The notes under the pieces are model-generated. The model worked only from the letters and a program-made list of their open reading frames with translations, did no database searches and was not told the origin of the DNA. From the NCBI GenBank assembly GCA_046262715.1, contig JBHEMG010000045.1, positions 986 to 64,985 on the forward strand: a stretch of 64,000 bases of DNA, given 5' to 3'. Of the stretch, positions 17,653-26,709 are shown in pieces. Source of the DNA: Gemmatimonadales bacterium (GTDB taxonomy: Bacteria > Gemmatimonadota > Gemmatimonadetes > Gemmatimonadales > GWC2-71-9). A program made the position numbers and the translations under genes. Numbering within the stretch: position 1 is the first letter of the stretch; the number at the start of each line of letters is the position of its first letter.

Positions 17653-18570
17653 ATGAGCACATCGCTGATGAATCTCGCAGCCGTGCCCGGCATCACCGTC
17701 GGGCACACGACCATCGACGCGCACGGCACCGGTTGTACGGTGGTGCTCGCGCCTGAGGTGGGGATGCGAGCCGCTGTCTGTCTGCGCGGCCGGGCCACCG
17801 GCACACGGGAGCTCGACGTGCTCGATCCCCGCCACCTCGTCGAGCGCATCGACGCGATCCTGCTCACGGGCGGGTCCGCGCTCGGCCTGGGCGCGGCGGA
17901 CGGCGTGATGCGTTGGCTGCGGGAGCGTCACCGCGGCCTTCCGGTCGGGGACACGGGGACGATTCCGATCGTGCCCTCGGCAGTCATCTTCGACCTCGGC
18001 AACGCCGGAAAGCCGCTGGGATGGCCGAGTGCGGACGATGCCTATCACGCCTGCGACAACGCGAGCGCTGACTACGTTGACGGTCCCGTCGGCGCCGGGC
18101 GTGGCGCCACCTGCGGCAAGGCCGCGGGACTGGAGAACATGGTTCCCACCGGTCTGGGCTCCTGGGCGATGCGCGCGAGCGACGTGATCGTAGCCGCGCT
18201 GGTGGTCGTCAACGCCGTGGGCGACGTCAGAGACGCGCGCGGGGAGATCATCGCCGGAACGGTGGACAGCCTGCGATACCTCGCGGACGGCGGCGCGCCG
18301 CTCGGTGATCCCGATCGATTGACCCGCAACACCACGCTCGCGGTCGTCGCCACGAATGCCGCGATGGACCGTGTGCAGCTGCAGGCATTGGCGCACTCCG
18401 CCAGCGACGCGCTCGCCCGCCGCATCACGCCCTATGGCACGCTGTTCGATGGCGACGTCATTTTCGCGGTGAGCACCGCCGCGGTGCAGGCGAAGTCGCC
18501 GCTTCAGGTCGAAGCGCTCGCGGCACTCGTGGTGCCGGAAGCGGTCGAACGCGCGGTTCGCCGTGGATAA
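17653..18570 (+). CDS. P1/S58 family peptidase (DmpA/BapA-like aminopeptidase)
   Basis: ORF-track entry 16855..18570 is trimmed to ATG 17653, because its first 266 codons are antisense to the response regulator. Motifs include GITVGHTT, LLTGGSA.GL and NTTLAVVATNA (the Thr nucleophile region). Confidence 0.8.
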   Translation: MSTSLMNLAAVPGITVGHTTIDAHGTGCTVVLAPEVGMRAAVCLRGRATGTRELDVLDPRHLVERIDAILLTGGSALGLGAADGVMRWLRERHRGLPVGDTGTIPIVPSAVIFDLGNAGKPLGWPSADDAYHACDNASADYVDGPVGAGRGATCGKAAGLENMVPTGLGSWAMRASDVIVAALVVVNAVGDVRDARGEIIAGTVDSLRYLADGGAPLGDPDRLTRNTTLAVVATNAAMDRVQLQALAHSASDALARRITPYGTLFDGDVIFAVSTAAVQAKSPLQVEALAALVVPEAVERAVRRG

Positions 18571-19555
18571 GCTCGAGCGGGCCATCGACGATCTGCGCCG
18601 CAAATGGGTTCCCGACAGGCGCCGGGACGTGTTCGAGATTTCGTTGCTGCCAAAACAGGTCGCCGGCGCGACGTCGAACCGTGAGGCGCGCGACGCGTTG
18701 CGGCGTCTGGCGGGGGAGGCGGGACTGAGCGAACAGGTGCGGCTGCTCCCGGATGAATCGGTAGTGGATGCCGCGGCCCTCGTGACAGCGGCACTCGCGC
18801 CACTGCTCGCGGAGCCGCAGGTCTCCTCGCCGCGCGTCAGCGAGGCGCTGCACGGCGAGCCACTTCAGATTCTCGAGCAGCGCGACAACTGGCTGCGCGT
18901 GCGCGCCGTCGATGACTACGTTGCGTGGATTCATTCCGGCTACGTCATGACGGGGCCCGCGGACTGGGCGGAGGACTGGCGCGAGCGCGCTACCGCCCGC
19001 TCGCTCAGCGCCGACATTCTGACATCGGACGGACGGCGCCGCCTGCCGACGGGAGCGCGCGTCGCCCTGCGCCGCGGGGTGGTAGAGCTCGCCGACGGTC
19101 AGCGTGGCGCGGTCGCGGCAGGTAACGTGCGTAGGGAGCAGGAGCTGCGTGTCGAAGCGCGCTACCTCGCATTGCCCGAGCTCGCTCAGAAATGGTATGC
19201 CGGCGCGCCGTATCTGTGGGGTGGGCGCACGGAGTGGGGAATCGATTGCTCGGGTCTCGTGCAAGCGGTATACGGCGCGCGCGGCATCGATCTGCCGCGC
19301 GATAGCGATCAGCAGTTCGCCGCGGGACACGAGGTCGCCATGTCGGCGACGGGCGCCGCCTACGAAGCGGGCGATCTGCTGTTCTTTACAGAACGGGGTC
19401 GGGTGTCGCACGTGGCGCTGTGGGCCGGCGCGGGTCGGATCGTACACTCGGCGCTGTCGCGCGGCGGTGTGGGCGGCGATCACCTGTTTGGCGACGAGCC
19501 GCGGATGGTGCGGATGCGGGAGCATTTGGTAGGTGTCAGGCGGTTAGGCGCCTAG
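18563..19555 (+). CDS. SH3b + NlpC/P60 (C40) peptidase, no signal peptide
   Basis: The C-terminal catalytic core reads YLWGGRTEWGIDCSGLVQAVY...HVALW. The central region is SH3-like (WLRVRAVDDYVAWIHSGYV). The GTG start overlaps the upstream stop by 8 nt. Confidence 0.82.
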   Translation: MDKLERAIDDLRRKWVPDRRRDVFEISLLPKQVAGATSNREARDALRRLAGEAGLSEQVRLLPDESVVDAAALVTAALAPLLAEPQVSSPRVSEALHGEPLQILEQRDNWLRVRAVDDYVAWIHSGYVMTGPADWAEDWRERATARSLSADILTSDGRRRLPTGARVALRRGVVELADGQRGAVAAGNVRREQELRVEARYLALPELAQKWYAGAPYLWGGRTEWGIDCSGLVQAVYGARGIDLPRDSDQQFAAGHEVAMSATGAAYEAGDLLFFTERGRVSHVALWAGAGRIVHSALSRGGVGGDHLFGDEPRMVRMREHLVGVRRLGA

Positions 19556-19572
19556 GCGCCTATTTTCTCTCC

Positions 19573-20274
19573 ATGCGTCTCATTCTCTTCGACATCGACG
19601 GCACGCTGTTGTGGACCGACGGCGCGGGCCGGCGCGCGATCCATCGCGCCTTGCTCGACGAGATGGGCACTGCCGGCCCCATCGACGGCTATCGTTTCGA
19701 CGGAAAAACCGATCCGCAAATCGTGCGCGAGCTGATGGAGATGGCTGGCCACCCCGAATCTAAATCGGTCGATCGCATTATGGCGGTGTGCCGGCGCTAC
19801 GTCGAGCTGCTCACCGCCGAGCTCGCCAAGCCGACGCAAACGACCAAGGTCTATCCCGGCATCACCGATCTATTGACCGCGCTCGAGCCGTATGAGGCCG
19901 ACGGCCGAGCCCTCGTCGGGCTGTTGACGGGCAATGTCGAGGGCGGCGCGGCGCTGAAGCTCCGTTCGGCGGGCCTCGAGTTCTCGCGGTTTGTCGTCGG
20001 CGCCTTCGGATCCGATTCGCATCACCGGCCCGACCTTCCTGCCATTGCCGCCGAGCGGGCGGCGCAGCGGACCGGCCGCCGCTTCAGCGGCGCCGATATC
20101 GTCATCGTCGGCGACACGCCCGACGACGTCGCCTGCTGCAAACCCATCGGCGCGCGGTCCGTCGGGGTCGCGACCGGCTTCTACGACGTCGCTGCCCTGC
20201 GTGCCGCGGGCGCGGCGCACGTATTCCCCGACCTCGAAGACACGCACGCCGTGCTGCACGCGTTGCTGTCGTGA
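19573..20274 (+). CDS. HAD-superfamily hydrolase (phosphoglycolate phosphatase-like)
   Basis: The ORF is trimmed to ATG 19573 (MRLILFDIDGTLL, motif I DxDGT). It also has the motif IV GDTPDD. Confidence 0.8.
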   Translation: MRLILFDIDGTLLWTDGAGRRAIHRALLDEMGTAGPIDGYRFDGKTDPQIVRELMEMAGHPESKSVDRIMAVCRRYVELLTAELAKPTQTTKVYPGITDLLTALEPYEADGRALVGLLTGNVEGGAALKLRSAGLEFSRFVVGAFGSDSHHRPDLPAIAAERAAQRTGRRFSGADIVIVGDTPDDVACCKPIGARSVGVATGFYDVAALRAAGAAHVFPDLEDTHAVLHALLS

Positions 20275-20837
20275 CGTATTCGGCGGATGAACTCGAGCTG
20301 AAAGCGCGGGTGGACGATCCCGCCGCGCTGGAAATGGCGCTGCGGGATGCCGGCGCCGACCTCGTGTTTCGCGGAGAAATGATCGATCGCCGCTACGACA
20401 GGAGCGGGAAGCTGGCGGAGCGCGACGAAGTGTTGCGGCTGCGGATCTATCGGCCAGACGCCGGCGCTGCGGAGTTTGGTGTGCTGGGTTGGAAGGGCCC
20501 CAACAGCGTGCGGGATGGTTACAAGCATCGCGAAGAGCACGAAGCACAGGTGGTACAACCCGAATCTGCGCGCGTCATCCTAGAGCGACTGGGCTACGAG
20601 GTCGTGCTGCGCATCGATCGCAAGATTGCCGAGTACCGTTTGGCGGGCGCGATGGTCCGACTGGAATGGTACCCGGCGATGGATGTCCTCGTGGAAATCG
20701 AAGGAGAGCCGGAGGCGATCGAGCGCGCGGTGCGCGCTACCGGGTTGCCGCGCGAGCGCTTTCTCCCCGAGCCCCTCCCGCACTTTGTGCGCGCGTATGA
20801 AGACCGCACCGGACAGAGCGCGCGGCTCGCCCTGTGA
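20271..20837 (+). CDS. CYTH-domain protein (class IV adenylate cyclase / triphosphate tunnel metalloenzyme)
   Basis: The 188-aa ORF has the N-terminal ExExK signature (ELELKAR) and CYTH-like beta-strand periodicity. It has a GTGA overlap with the HAD gene. Confidence 0.75.
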   Translation: MTYSADELELKARVDDPAALEMALRDAGADLVFRGEMIDRRYDRSGKLAERDEVLRLRIYRPDAGAAEFGVLGWKGPNSVRDGYKHREEHEAQVVQPESARVILERLGYEVVLRIDRKIAEYRLAGAMVRLEWYPAMDVLVEIEGEPEAIERAVRATGLPRERFLPEPLPHFVRAYEDRTGQSARLAL

Positions 20838-21568
20838 AGCTTCTCATGCCGCTGCGTGTGCCCGAACTCGCGCCCTCGCTGGGACGCATCATCGTGCCGC
20901 GCCGCCAGCAGTCGCCCTGGGTGCCGCTCGACGACGTGCGCGAAGAGCTCGCGACGCGCGTCCTGGAGCTCGGCGGGGAAGGACGGGCGGCCGCCGCGCG
21001 CGAAGCGGAAGGTGACGAGCGCGCGCGCATTCTGGAAACGACCGGACGGCGTGCCTGGACGTCCGCGTGGGACAACGCTGTGCGCCGCACCGGCGCGCGC
21101 GTTGCCGACGCGCTCGATGCGGAAATCCGGCGGACCGCGCGCCAGGTCCGTTTGCCGCGGCGCAGACTGCGGCGCCATCTCCTCACGACTGCGGAGAAGC
21201 GTGCGATCGTGGCGCGGCTGGGAACCGGCGGAGGAACGTTCGTCGCCGCACTCGACGCGCTCGACGCGGCCGCGGCGCGCGCCGCCGATGCTTCGGTGCT
21301 CGAGAAGGACGCGCACGCCGAATGGCAAGAAGCACTGCGGACCGTTGCGCGCCGGCTCGAAGTGGCGTGGCTCGCCCTCGAGACTGAAGTCGAGGAGGAG
21401 CGCGCGCGCTGGAGTCCCGAGATCGACGCGCTCGCCGCGTGGCGTCCCTCGTTATGGCCCATCTTCCTCGTCTGGACCCCCCTCTCCGTCATGCTGATTT
21501 GGCTTGGCCTCGTCCTCGGCGGATACCTCGCGGCTCCGGCATGGCTCGCGGCGCGACTGGGCTTTTAG
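20834..21568 (+). CDS. Hypothetical membrane-anchored protein (helical, C-terminal TM pair)
   Basis: The 244-aa ORF is Ala/Arg/Glu-rich and helical, with a C-terminus SLWPIFLVWTPLSVMLIWLGLVLGGYLAAPAWL. I recognise no domain. It has a GTGA overlap with the CYTH gene. Confidence 0.5.
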   Translation: MKLLMPLRVPELAPSLGRIIVPRRQQSPWVPLDDVREELATRVLELGGEGRAAAAREAEGDERARILETTGRRAWTSAWDNAVRRTGARVADALDAEIRRTARQVRLPRRRLRRHLLTTAEKRAIVARLGTGGGTFVAALDALDAAAARAADASVLEKDAHAEWQEALRTVARRLEVAWLALETEVEEERARWSPEIDALAAWRPSLWPIFLVWTPLSVMLIWLGLVLGGYLAAPAWLAARLGF

Positions 21569-23709
21569 TCCTATTGCTGTGCGGCGCGACAGTCGCGCCG
21601 GCGCAGCTGCGGATCGTCGAGGTACCGATTTCCGGGCGTGCCAGCCTTGACTCGTTGGCACGCCTCGGATTCGAGGTCGCCGACGTACGCACGATCGGCG
21701 GCATGCAGCGGGCCGTGATCGTCGTTTCGCCACAAACCACCGGTCTGTTGATGCAGCGCGGATTCCAGGTGTCGCCACTCAGCGACGCGCGTGTCGCAAC
21801 AGGCGCGGCGGGCGACACCTTTCGGATGTTTCATTCGTTCGACGACCCGGTGAACGGCATTCGCGCAACGCTCGAGACCTGGGCCGCCGCCGACACGCTG
21901 CTGCATCTGGATTCGGCCGGTGCGTCATACGAGGGGCGGCCTATCCTCGCCGTGAAGATCGGGGCGGGGGACGACGCGCCTGGCCGCCCCAACGTTCTGT
22001 TCATGGCGACCCATCACGCGCGAGAGTGGATCTCGACTGCCGTCGCGATGAAGCTCATTCGCTGGCTCGCTGACTCGGGCGGAGCGGCGGTCGCCTCACA
22101 CGACGTGTGGGTCATTCCTGTCGAAAATCCGGACGGCTACCAGTACACGTTCACGACCGATCGGTATTGGAGAAAGAATCGCCGCCCGAATTCGGGGGGC
22201 AGCTACGGCGTCGACCCGAACCGCAACTATCCCACGTTCTGGGGAGTCGACAATGTCGGATCGAACGGACTCGAAATCGCCGAGACGTATCGCGGCACGA
22301 GCCCCGCATCAGAGCCCGAGACGCAGGCGATTATGGCGTTTCACGCGGTCCACACGCCGGTTGTGTCGCTGTCGTATCACAGTTACAGCGGGCTGGTGCT
22401 GTACCCGTGGGGATTCCGCGCCGGCGAGCTGCCCGCCGATCTCTCGCGCTTTCAGGCGCTCGCGGGAACCGATCTGGTGCCGGCGGTGATGGACAGCGTG
22501 CCCGGCTCTTCCAACGACCGCTATCATCCCGGTCCCGGCTGGAATCTGTATGTGACGAACGGCGAGTACACCGACTGGGCGTACAACGCACACGGCACCA
22601 TCGCCTTCACCACAGAGCTGACCAGTGGCTGCTGCGTGGAGGGTCAGTACTACGGCTTCGAGTTTCCGGACGACAGCGCATGGGTGGAGCGGGTCTTCCG
22701 CGACAACCTGCCATTCGCGCTATCGCTGATCTCGGCGTCCAGCGACCTGGCGCGCTCTCCCGGCGTGACGGGGGCCGTTCCCGGTGCGCCGCGGTTCTCG
22801 TCGCTTTGGCCCGACTCGTGGTTGGCGCTCGACGCGTCGGCACCTCGGCCCTCGTCACTGACGCTGCGTACCAACACCGGGGCCCTCACAACGCGTAACA
22901 CGCAAACCGACTCGTTGCGCCGTGGCACACTGCGCACGGTGTGGCGCAGCGACCTCCACCTGGATGCGGTGCGCGCGTTGCGCGCGGAGGGTGCCGGCGT
23001 GACGGGGGAGCTCGTGACTCTCGCCGGCGCCGAGCCGCTCGACGCCGGCTGGAAGGGATGGAGGCGCGACACCGTGCGGGTGGCTGGCCAGTACGCGTGG
23101 GCGACGGGCGGGACCGACACGCTGATGTCTCCTATCATCGATCTGCGCGGCCGCACTGATGTGTGGCTGCAGCTGTGGACTCGGCACTACGGCTCGACGT
23201 TCACGCCGCAGCAGCGCGGCATCATCCAGTTCTCGAGCGACTCAGGTGCGCGCTGGTCGGACGTCGCCGTGATCGTCGGCGATGGGCCCAATTGGTATCC
23301 GATGCGCGTGGACCTGCCCGGCGCCGCGGGGCGCCGCGGCGCCCGCGTGCGCTTCATATCCCGGCAATTCGCCTGGTGGGTGGATGCGGTCGGCATCGCC
23401 ACTGATGCGAGCGTGGCGTTCGACCAGATGGTCGCGGCCGTCGGCGCCGAAGTCTCCGAAAACCCGGTGCGCGGCGATCACGTGGTGATCTCCTGGCCGG
23501 CAGGGACGGGCGACGCCCACATCACGGTGTTCGGCTTCACCGGAGAGCAGCTGCACAAAGCCACCGTATCGGCGCCCAGCAACGAATATGTCTGGGATCT
23601 CACCATCGGAGGAACGCGACGCGTGGTCAATGGCGCATACATCGTCGTCGTGGAAGTGGACGGGCATCGTTACCGGCGGCGGCTCTTCGTCGCGCGTCCA
23701 GCTCCATGA
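21541..23709 (+). CDS. Secreted M14 zinc carboxypeptidase with long C-terminal extension
   Basis: The ORF is trimmed to ATG 21541 (MARGATGLLVLLLCGATVAPAQ signal). It has the M14 motifs HHAREW, ENPDGY, DPNRNY and SYHSYSG. A roughly 400-aa extension ends in a beta-sandwich sorting-type domain. Confidence 0.82.
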   Translation: MARGATGLLVLLLCGATVAPAQLRIVEVPISGRASLDSLARLGFEVADVRTIGGMQRAVIVVSPQTTGLLMQRGFQVSPLSDARVATGAAGDTFRMFHSFDDPVNGIRATLETWAAADTLLHLDSAGASYEGRPILAVKIGAGDDAPGRPNVLFMATHHAREWISTAVAMKLIRWLADSGGAAVASHDVWVIPVENPDGYQYTFTTDRYWRKNRRPNSGGSYGVDPNRNYPTFWGVDNVGSNGLEIAETYRGTSPASEPETQAIMAFHAVHTPVVSLSYHSYSGLVLYPWGFRAGELPADLSRFQALAGTDLVPAVMDSVPGSSNDRYHPGPGWNLYVTNGEYTDWAYNAHGTIAFTTELTSGCCVEGQYYGFEFPDDSAWVERVFRDNLPFALSLISASSDLARSPGVTGAVPGAPRFSSLWPDSWLALDASAPRPSSLTLRTNTGALTTRNTQTDSLRRGTLRTVWRSDLHLDAVRALRAEGAGVTGELVTLAGAEPLDAGWKGWRRDTVRVAGQYAWATGGTDTLMSPIIDLRGRTDVWLQLWTRHYGSTFTPQQRGIIQFSSDSGARWSDVAVIVGDGPNWYPMRVDLPGAAGRRGARVRFISRQFAWWVDAVGIATDASVAFDQMVAAVGAEVSENPVRGDHVVISWPAGTGDAHITVFGFTGEQLHKATVSAPSNEYVWDLTIGGTRRVVNGAYIVVVEVDGHRYRRRLFVARPAP
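23452..23706 (+). other. T9SS-type / FlgD-Ig-like C-terminal domain of the M14 peptidase
   Basis: The last ~85 aa read VSENPVRGDHVVISWPAGTGDAHITVFGFTGEQLHKATVSAPSNEYVWDLTIGGTRRVVNGAYIVVVEVDGHRYRRRLFVARP. This follows the NP-x-strand, G-x-x-V, W-D-x-x-x-x-G, G-x-Y and final basic strand pattern of Por-secretion-tail/FlgD-Ig domains. Confidence 0.5.
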
Positions 23710-24092
23710 GCGCGATCGGCGTGGGAGTCGACCTCGTCGAGGTGTCACGCGCGCGCGCGATGCTCGCGGACAAAGGCGCGCAAGTCTTCGAGCGGCTGCT
23801 CACCCCATCCGAGGCCGAGTATTGCCGCTCCCGGCCCGACCCGGCCGAGCACGTCGCGGTACGCCTCGCGGCGAAGGAGGCAGTGTACAAAGCGCTGCAG
23901 GGGAGTGACCAGGCGCGCGGGATCGGGTGGCGCGACATCGAAGTCATCCGCGCCGCCGATGGCCGTCCCGACGTCTCCCTCAGCGGGCTAGCCGCCAGCC
24001 GCGCGCAGGAGCTACGGGTGACGCGCGTCCTGCTGTCGCTTTCGCATACGCACGAGGCCGCCATCGCAATTGCTGTGCTGTCAACGGATTGA
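23706..24092 (+). CDS. acpS: Holo-[acyl-carrier-protein] synthase
   Basis: The 128-aa ORF has the GVDLVEV start motif and the FAAKEA-like segment (LAAKEAVYKA). It has an ATGA overlap with the peptidase gene. Confidence 0.9.
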   Translation: MSAIGVGVDLVEVSRARAMLADKGAQVFERLLTPSEAEYCRSRPDPAEHVAVRLAAKEAVYKALQGSDQARGIGWRDIEVIRAADGRPDVSLSGLAASRAQELRVTRVLLSLSHTHEAAIAIAVLSTD

Positions 24093-24117
24093 ATTCCCGA
24101 CAAAATTACTCTAGTAT
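24089..24117 (+). promoter_or_regulatory. Candidate sigma-70-type promoter giving a leaderless transcript of the cyt c-FTR1 gene
   Basis: The arrangement is TTGAAT (24089-24094), 17 nt, TAGTAT (24112-24117), 6 nt, then ATG at 24124. There is no SD. Confidence 0.45.
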
Positions 24118-24123
24118 TTCCCC

Positions 24124-25899
24124 ATGCGGTTTTTGGTCGGCATTCTCCTTGCCGCCTGCCTTGCACAGCCACTCGCAGGGCAGGCGTCTGATTCTTTGGC
24201 CCTGTCGCGCCGGGTCGTAGCGGCCGCGTCGCTTGCCGCTAAGGAGTACCGGCTCGGTGTCACACCCAAGGGTGGCCAGATCGTCCAGCCCGAAGAGGTG
24301 GACGAAGCCAAGCTCTTCATTCAGCAGGCGCAGTTCGATGTCCCGGGCCTCCCCGACGCCGCGCGGGTCGCGTCGGGCCACGCCCTGACCCGCATCGCCG
24401 AGATGCTGGACCGGCTCGCGCCTCCCGATTCGGTGGCCATGGTGACCGACGTTTTGGTCGGGCGGATCACCGCCGCGGCCGGCGGGCCCAATGCCGTCGA
24501 GCAGCTGCCGGCGCGGCCGCCGTCGCTCGAGCGCGGGGCCGCGGTGTTCCGCGAACAGTGCGCGTCCTGCCACGGCGAAACGGGACGTGGGGACGGACCC
24601 AAAGCGAAAACGCTCAAGGGGCCCCCACCCGCCAATTTGACCGATCCCGCGGTGATGGGAGGAACCACGCTGCTCGAGATCTTTCGCCGCATCGCGATCG
24701 GCGTACCCGGCACCGCGATGCCCGAGTTCGCCGATGATCTCTCCGAAGAAGACCGCTGGGCCGTGGCTGCCTACGTCGGCGCGATGCAGTACGGTGGCTC
24801 GGCCACCGCCGCGACGTTCGCCGCGGTCAGGCGCCAAGTGGACTCCGCAATCGCGCTGCATTCGGAAAAAATCGGCTTCGACGCCTACCTCACGTTCGAG
24901 CAGGTCGAAACGGAAGTCCGCGCCAAGAACCCCGGCCTCGCGAGCGAGCTCGAGACCACGTTTGCATGGCTGCGCACGCGCGCGGCGCGCGCCGATCAAT
25001 CCGAGCGTCACGCGATTCGTGAGCGGCTGCTGGCGGGATTGGAGCGCGCCGAGCGTGTGGTGGCCGACCGGCCGTCCGGCACGAGTCTGTTCGTCGCGTC
25101 CTTTTTCCTGCTGGTGCGTGAGGGCTTCGAGGCGATTCTCATCGTCGCCGCGCTGATGACGTTTCTCGCTAAGGCACATGCTACGGAGCGTCGCCGCGAC
25201 GTGGCGCGCGGGGCATGGCTCGCGGTCGCCGCGAGTCTGCTCACCTGGGTACTCGTCGAGCTGCTGGTGAAGGTGACGCCGGGCCAGCGCGAAACGATCG
25301 AAGGCGGCACGATGCTGCTCGCGGCGGCGGTGCTGTTTTACGTGAGCTACTGGCTGCTCTCGAAGATCGAAGCCGCGAAGTGGACGGCGTTCGTGCACGG
25401 AAAGATGCGTAGCGCGTTGTCGTCCGGGTCCGGTCTCGCGCTGACCGCGGTGGCGTTCCTCGCCGTCTATCGCGAAGGGTTCGAAACCATCCTGTTCTAC
25501 AAGGCACTGTTCACATCCGCGGGCGCTACCAGCGTTCCAGTCGTGGCGGGCATTGCCGCGGGGTCGGTCGGTCTCGTGGCGGTCTACCTGGTGATCAATC
25601 AGCTGGGCCTGCGCGTCGCCATGAAGCCGTTCTTCGCGGTCACGGGCGTGATGCTGTACTACATGGCGTTCGTCTTTGCGGGGAAGGGCATCGCGGAGCT
25701 GCAGGAGGCGCGGATCATTCCGTTGACCGTGATCGAAGGTGCTCCACGCATTCCCGTGCTCGGGATCTATCCCACTCTGGAGTCGCTCGCGGTGCAGGGA
25801 CTGCTACTGGTGCTCGCGCTGGTCGCCGCGGTCTGGGCGATGCGGCCGCTGCGCCCCAAGCCCTCAGGCGCGGAGGGCGACCTGCTTCGGTCGCAGTGA
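24124..25899 (+). CDS. Cytochrome c / FTR1-family iron permease fusion
   Basis: The ORF has a signal peptide and a class-I cytochrome c domain with the heme motif CASCHG. This is followed by a polytopic FTR1 permease with two REGFE motifs (VREGFEAILIV, YREGFETILFY). Confidence 0.85.
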   Translation: MRFLVGILLAACLAQPLAGQASDSLALSRRVVAAASLAAKEYRLGVTPKGGQIVQPEEVDEAKLFIQQAQFDVPGLPDAARVASGHALTRIAEMLDRLAPPDSVAMVTDVLVGRITAAAGGPNAVEQLPARPPSLERGAAVFREQCASCHGETGRGDGPKAKTLKGPPPANLTDPAVMGGTTLLEIFRRIAIGVPGTAMPEFADDLSEEDRWAVAAYVGAMQYGGSATAATFAAVRRQVDSAIALHSEKIGFDAYLTFEQVETEVRAKNPGLASELETTFAWLRTRAARADQSERHAIRERLLAGLERAERVVADRPSGTSLFVASFFLLVREGFEAILIVAALMTFLAKAHATERRRDVARGAWLAVAASLLTWVLVELLVKVTPGQRETIEGGTMLLAAAVLFYVSYWLLSKIEAAKWTAFVHGKMRSALSSGSGLALTAVAFLAVYREGFETILFYKALFTSAGATSVPVVAGIAAGSVGLVAVYLVINQLGLRVAMKPFFAVTGVMLYYMAFVFAGKGIAELQEARIIPLTVIEGAPRIPVLGIYPTLESLAVQGLLLVLALVAAVWAMRPLRPKPSGAEGDLLRSQ

Positions 25900-26709
25900 T
25901 TCTGGCAGCGGCTGCGGGCCTGCCGGCTCGCGCCACATGTACAGCAGCGCCCCGCCGACCACCATCAGCAACACGCTCGTTCCCTGCGCCAGCGTAAAGG
26001 GTCCAAGTAGCCGGTCGTCTTTGGCGCGCAGGAACTCCACCAGAAACCGCTCCGCTCCGCCCAGCAGCAGATACCACGCGAACAGCCAGCCGGTCGCGTG
26101 TCCGTGATCGCGCCGGCGCCATAGCCACCAGAATAGCAGCAGCATCGTCACGGTCTCGTAGATCTGCGTGGGATGCACGGCGACGAGCAGCGACGGATCG
26201 GTATTGGGCGGGAAATGAACGCCCATCGATTGGAGATTGGCGACGGTGGTCGCGGGTAAGCCGCTGGGAAATTTCATCGCCCAGGGCAGGTTGGAGGGAA
26301 TGCCGTAGTCGTCGTTGACCAGGAAGCATCCGACGCGACCAAGCGCGTACCCGAGCACGAGCGGTGCCGCGCAGATCTCCGCCGTAAACCGGGCCGGCAC
26401 GCGCCGGCGCCAGCCGTTCAGCAGGATGCCGATGGTTGCGCCCAGGAACCCGCCGTACCAGACGAAGCCGCCGCGCCGCAGCAGCGCGTCCACTTCACCA
26501 GTCAACAAGACGTACCACAGCTTGGCGCCGACCAATCCCCCGATCACACCCGCGATGACGATATCGGCCGCATAGTCTTCATCGAGGCCGCGTTGACGCA
26601 GATAAAGCTGAATGGCCCACCCCGCCATGAGAAACGCGACCATCATCATCAACCCGTAGCCCGTCAGCTGCAGGGGCCCGAGTTGCACAACAAAGGGATA
26701 CACGATCAT
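25864..26709 (-). CDS. lgt: Prolipoprotein diacylglyceryl transferase
   Basis: The ORF is trimmed to ATG 26709 (MIVYPFVVQLGPLQLTGYGLMM), which forms an ATGA overlap with the tsaD stop. It has the Lgt signature region (GRVGCFLVNDDYG). Its 3' end overlaps the convergent FTR1 gene by 36 nt. Confidence 0.9.
   Translation of the reverse strand: MIVYPFVVQLGPLQLTGYGLMMMVAFLMAGWAIQLYLRQRGLDEDYAADIVIAGVIGGLVGAKLWYVLLTGEVDALLRRGGFVWYGGFLGATIGILLNGWRRRVPARFTAEICAAPLVLGYALGRVGCFLVNDDYGIPSNLPWAMKFPSGLPATTVANLQSMGVHFPPNTDPSLLVAVHPTQIYETVTMLLLFWWLWRRRDHGHATGWLFAWYLLLGGAERFLVEFLRAKDDRLLGPFTLAQGTSVLLMVVGGALLYMWREPAGPQPLPESLRPKQVALRA

Noticed and set aside
16855-18570. A 571-aa ORF that could be read as one large gene. 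The same problem affects 39804..41117, 41990..42631, 21439..23709, 19420..20274, 51010..51924 and 56081..57379.
   Set aside because: The N-terminal portions run antisense through neighbouring well-supported genes or overlap upstream genes extensively. In each case an internal ATG or GTG gives a sensible N-terminus (signal peptide, lipobox or conserved motif) and a 1-8 nt junction. I therefore trimmed the ORFs.
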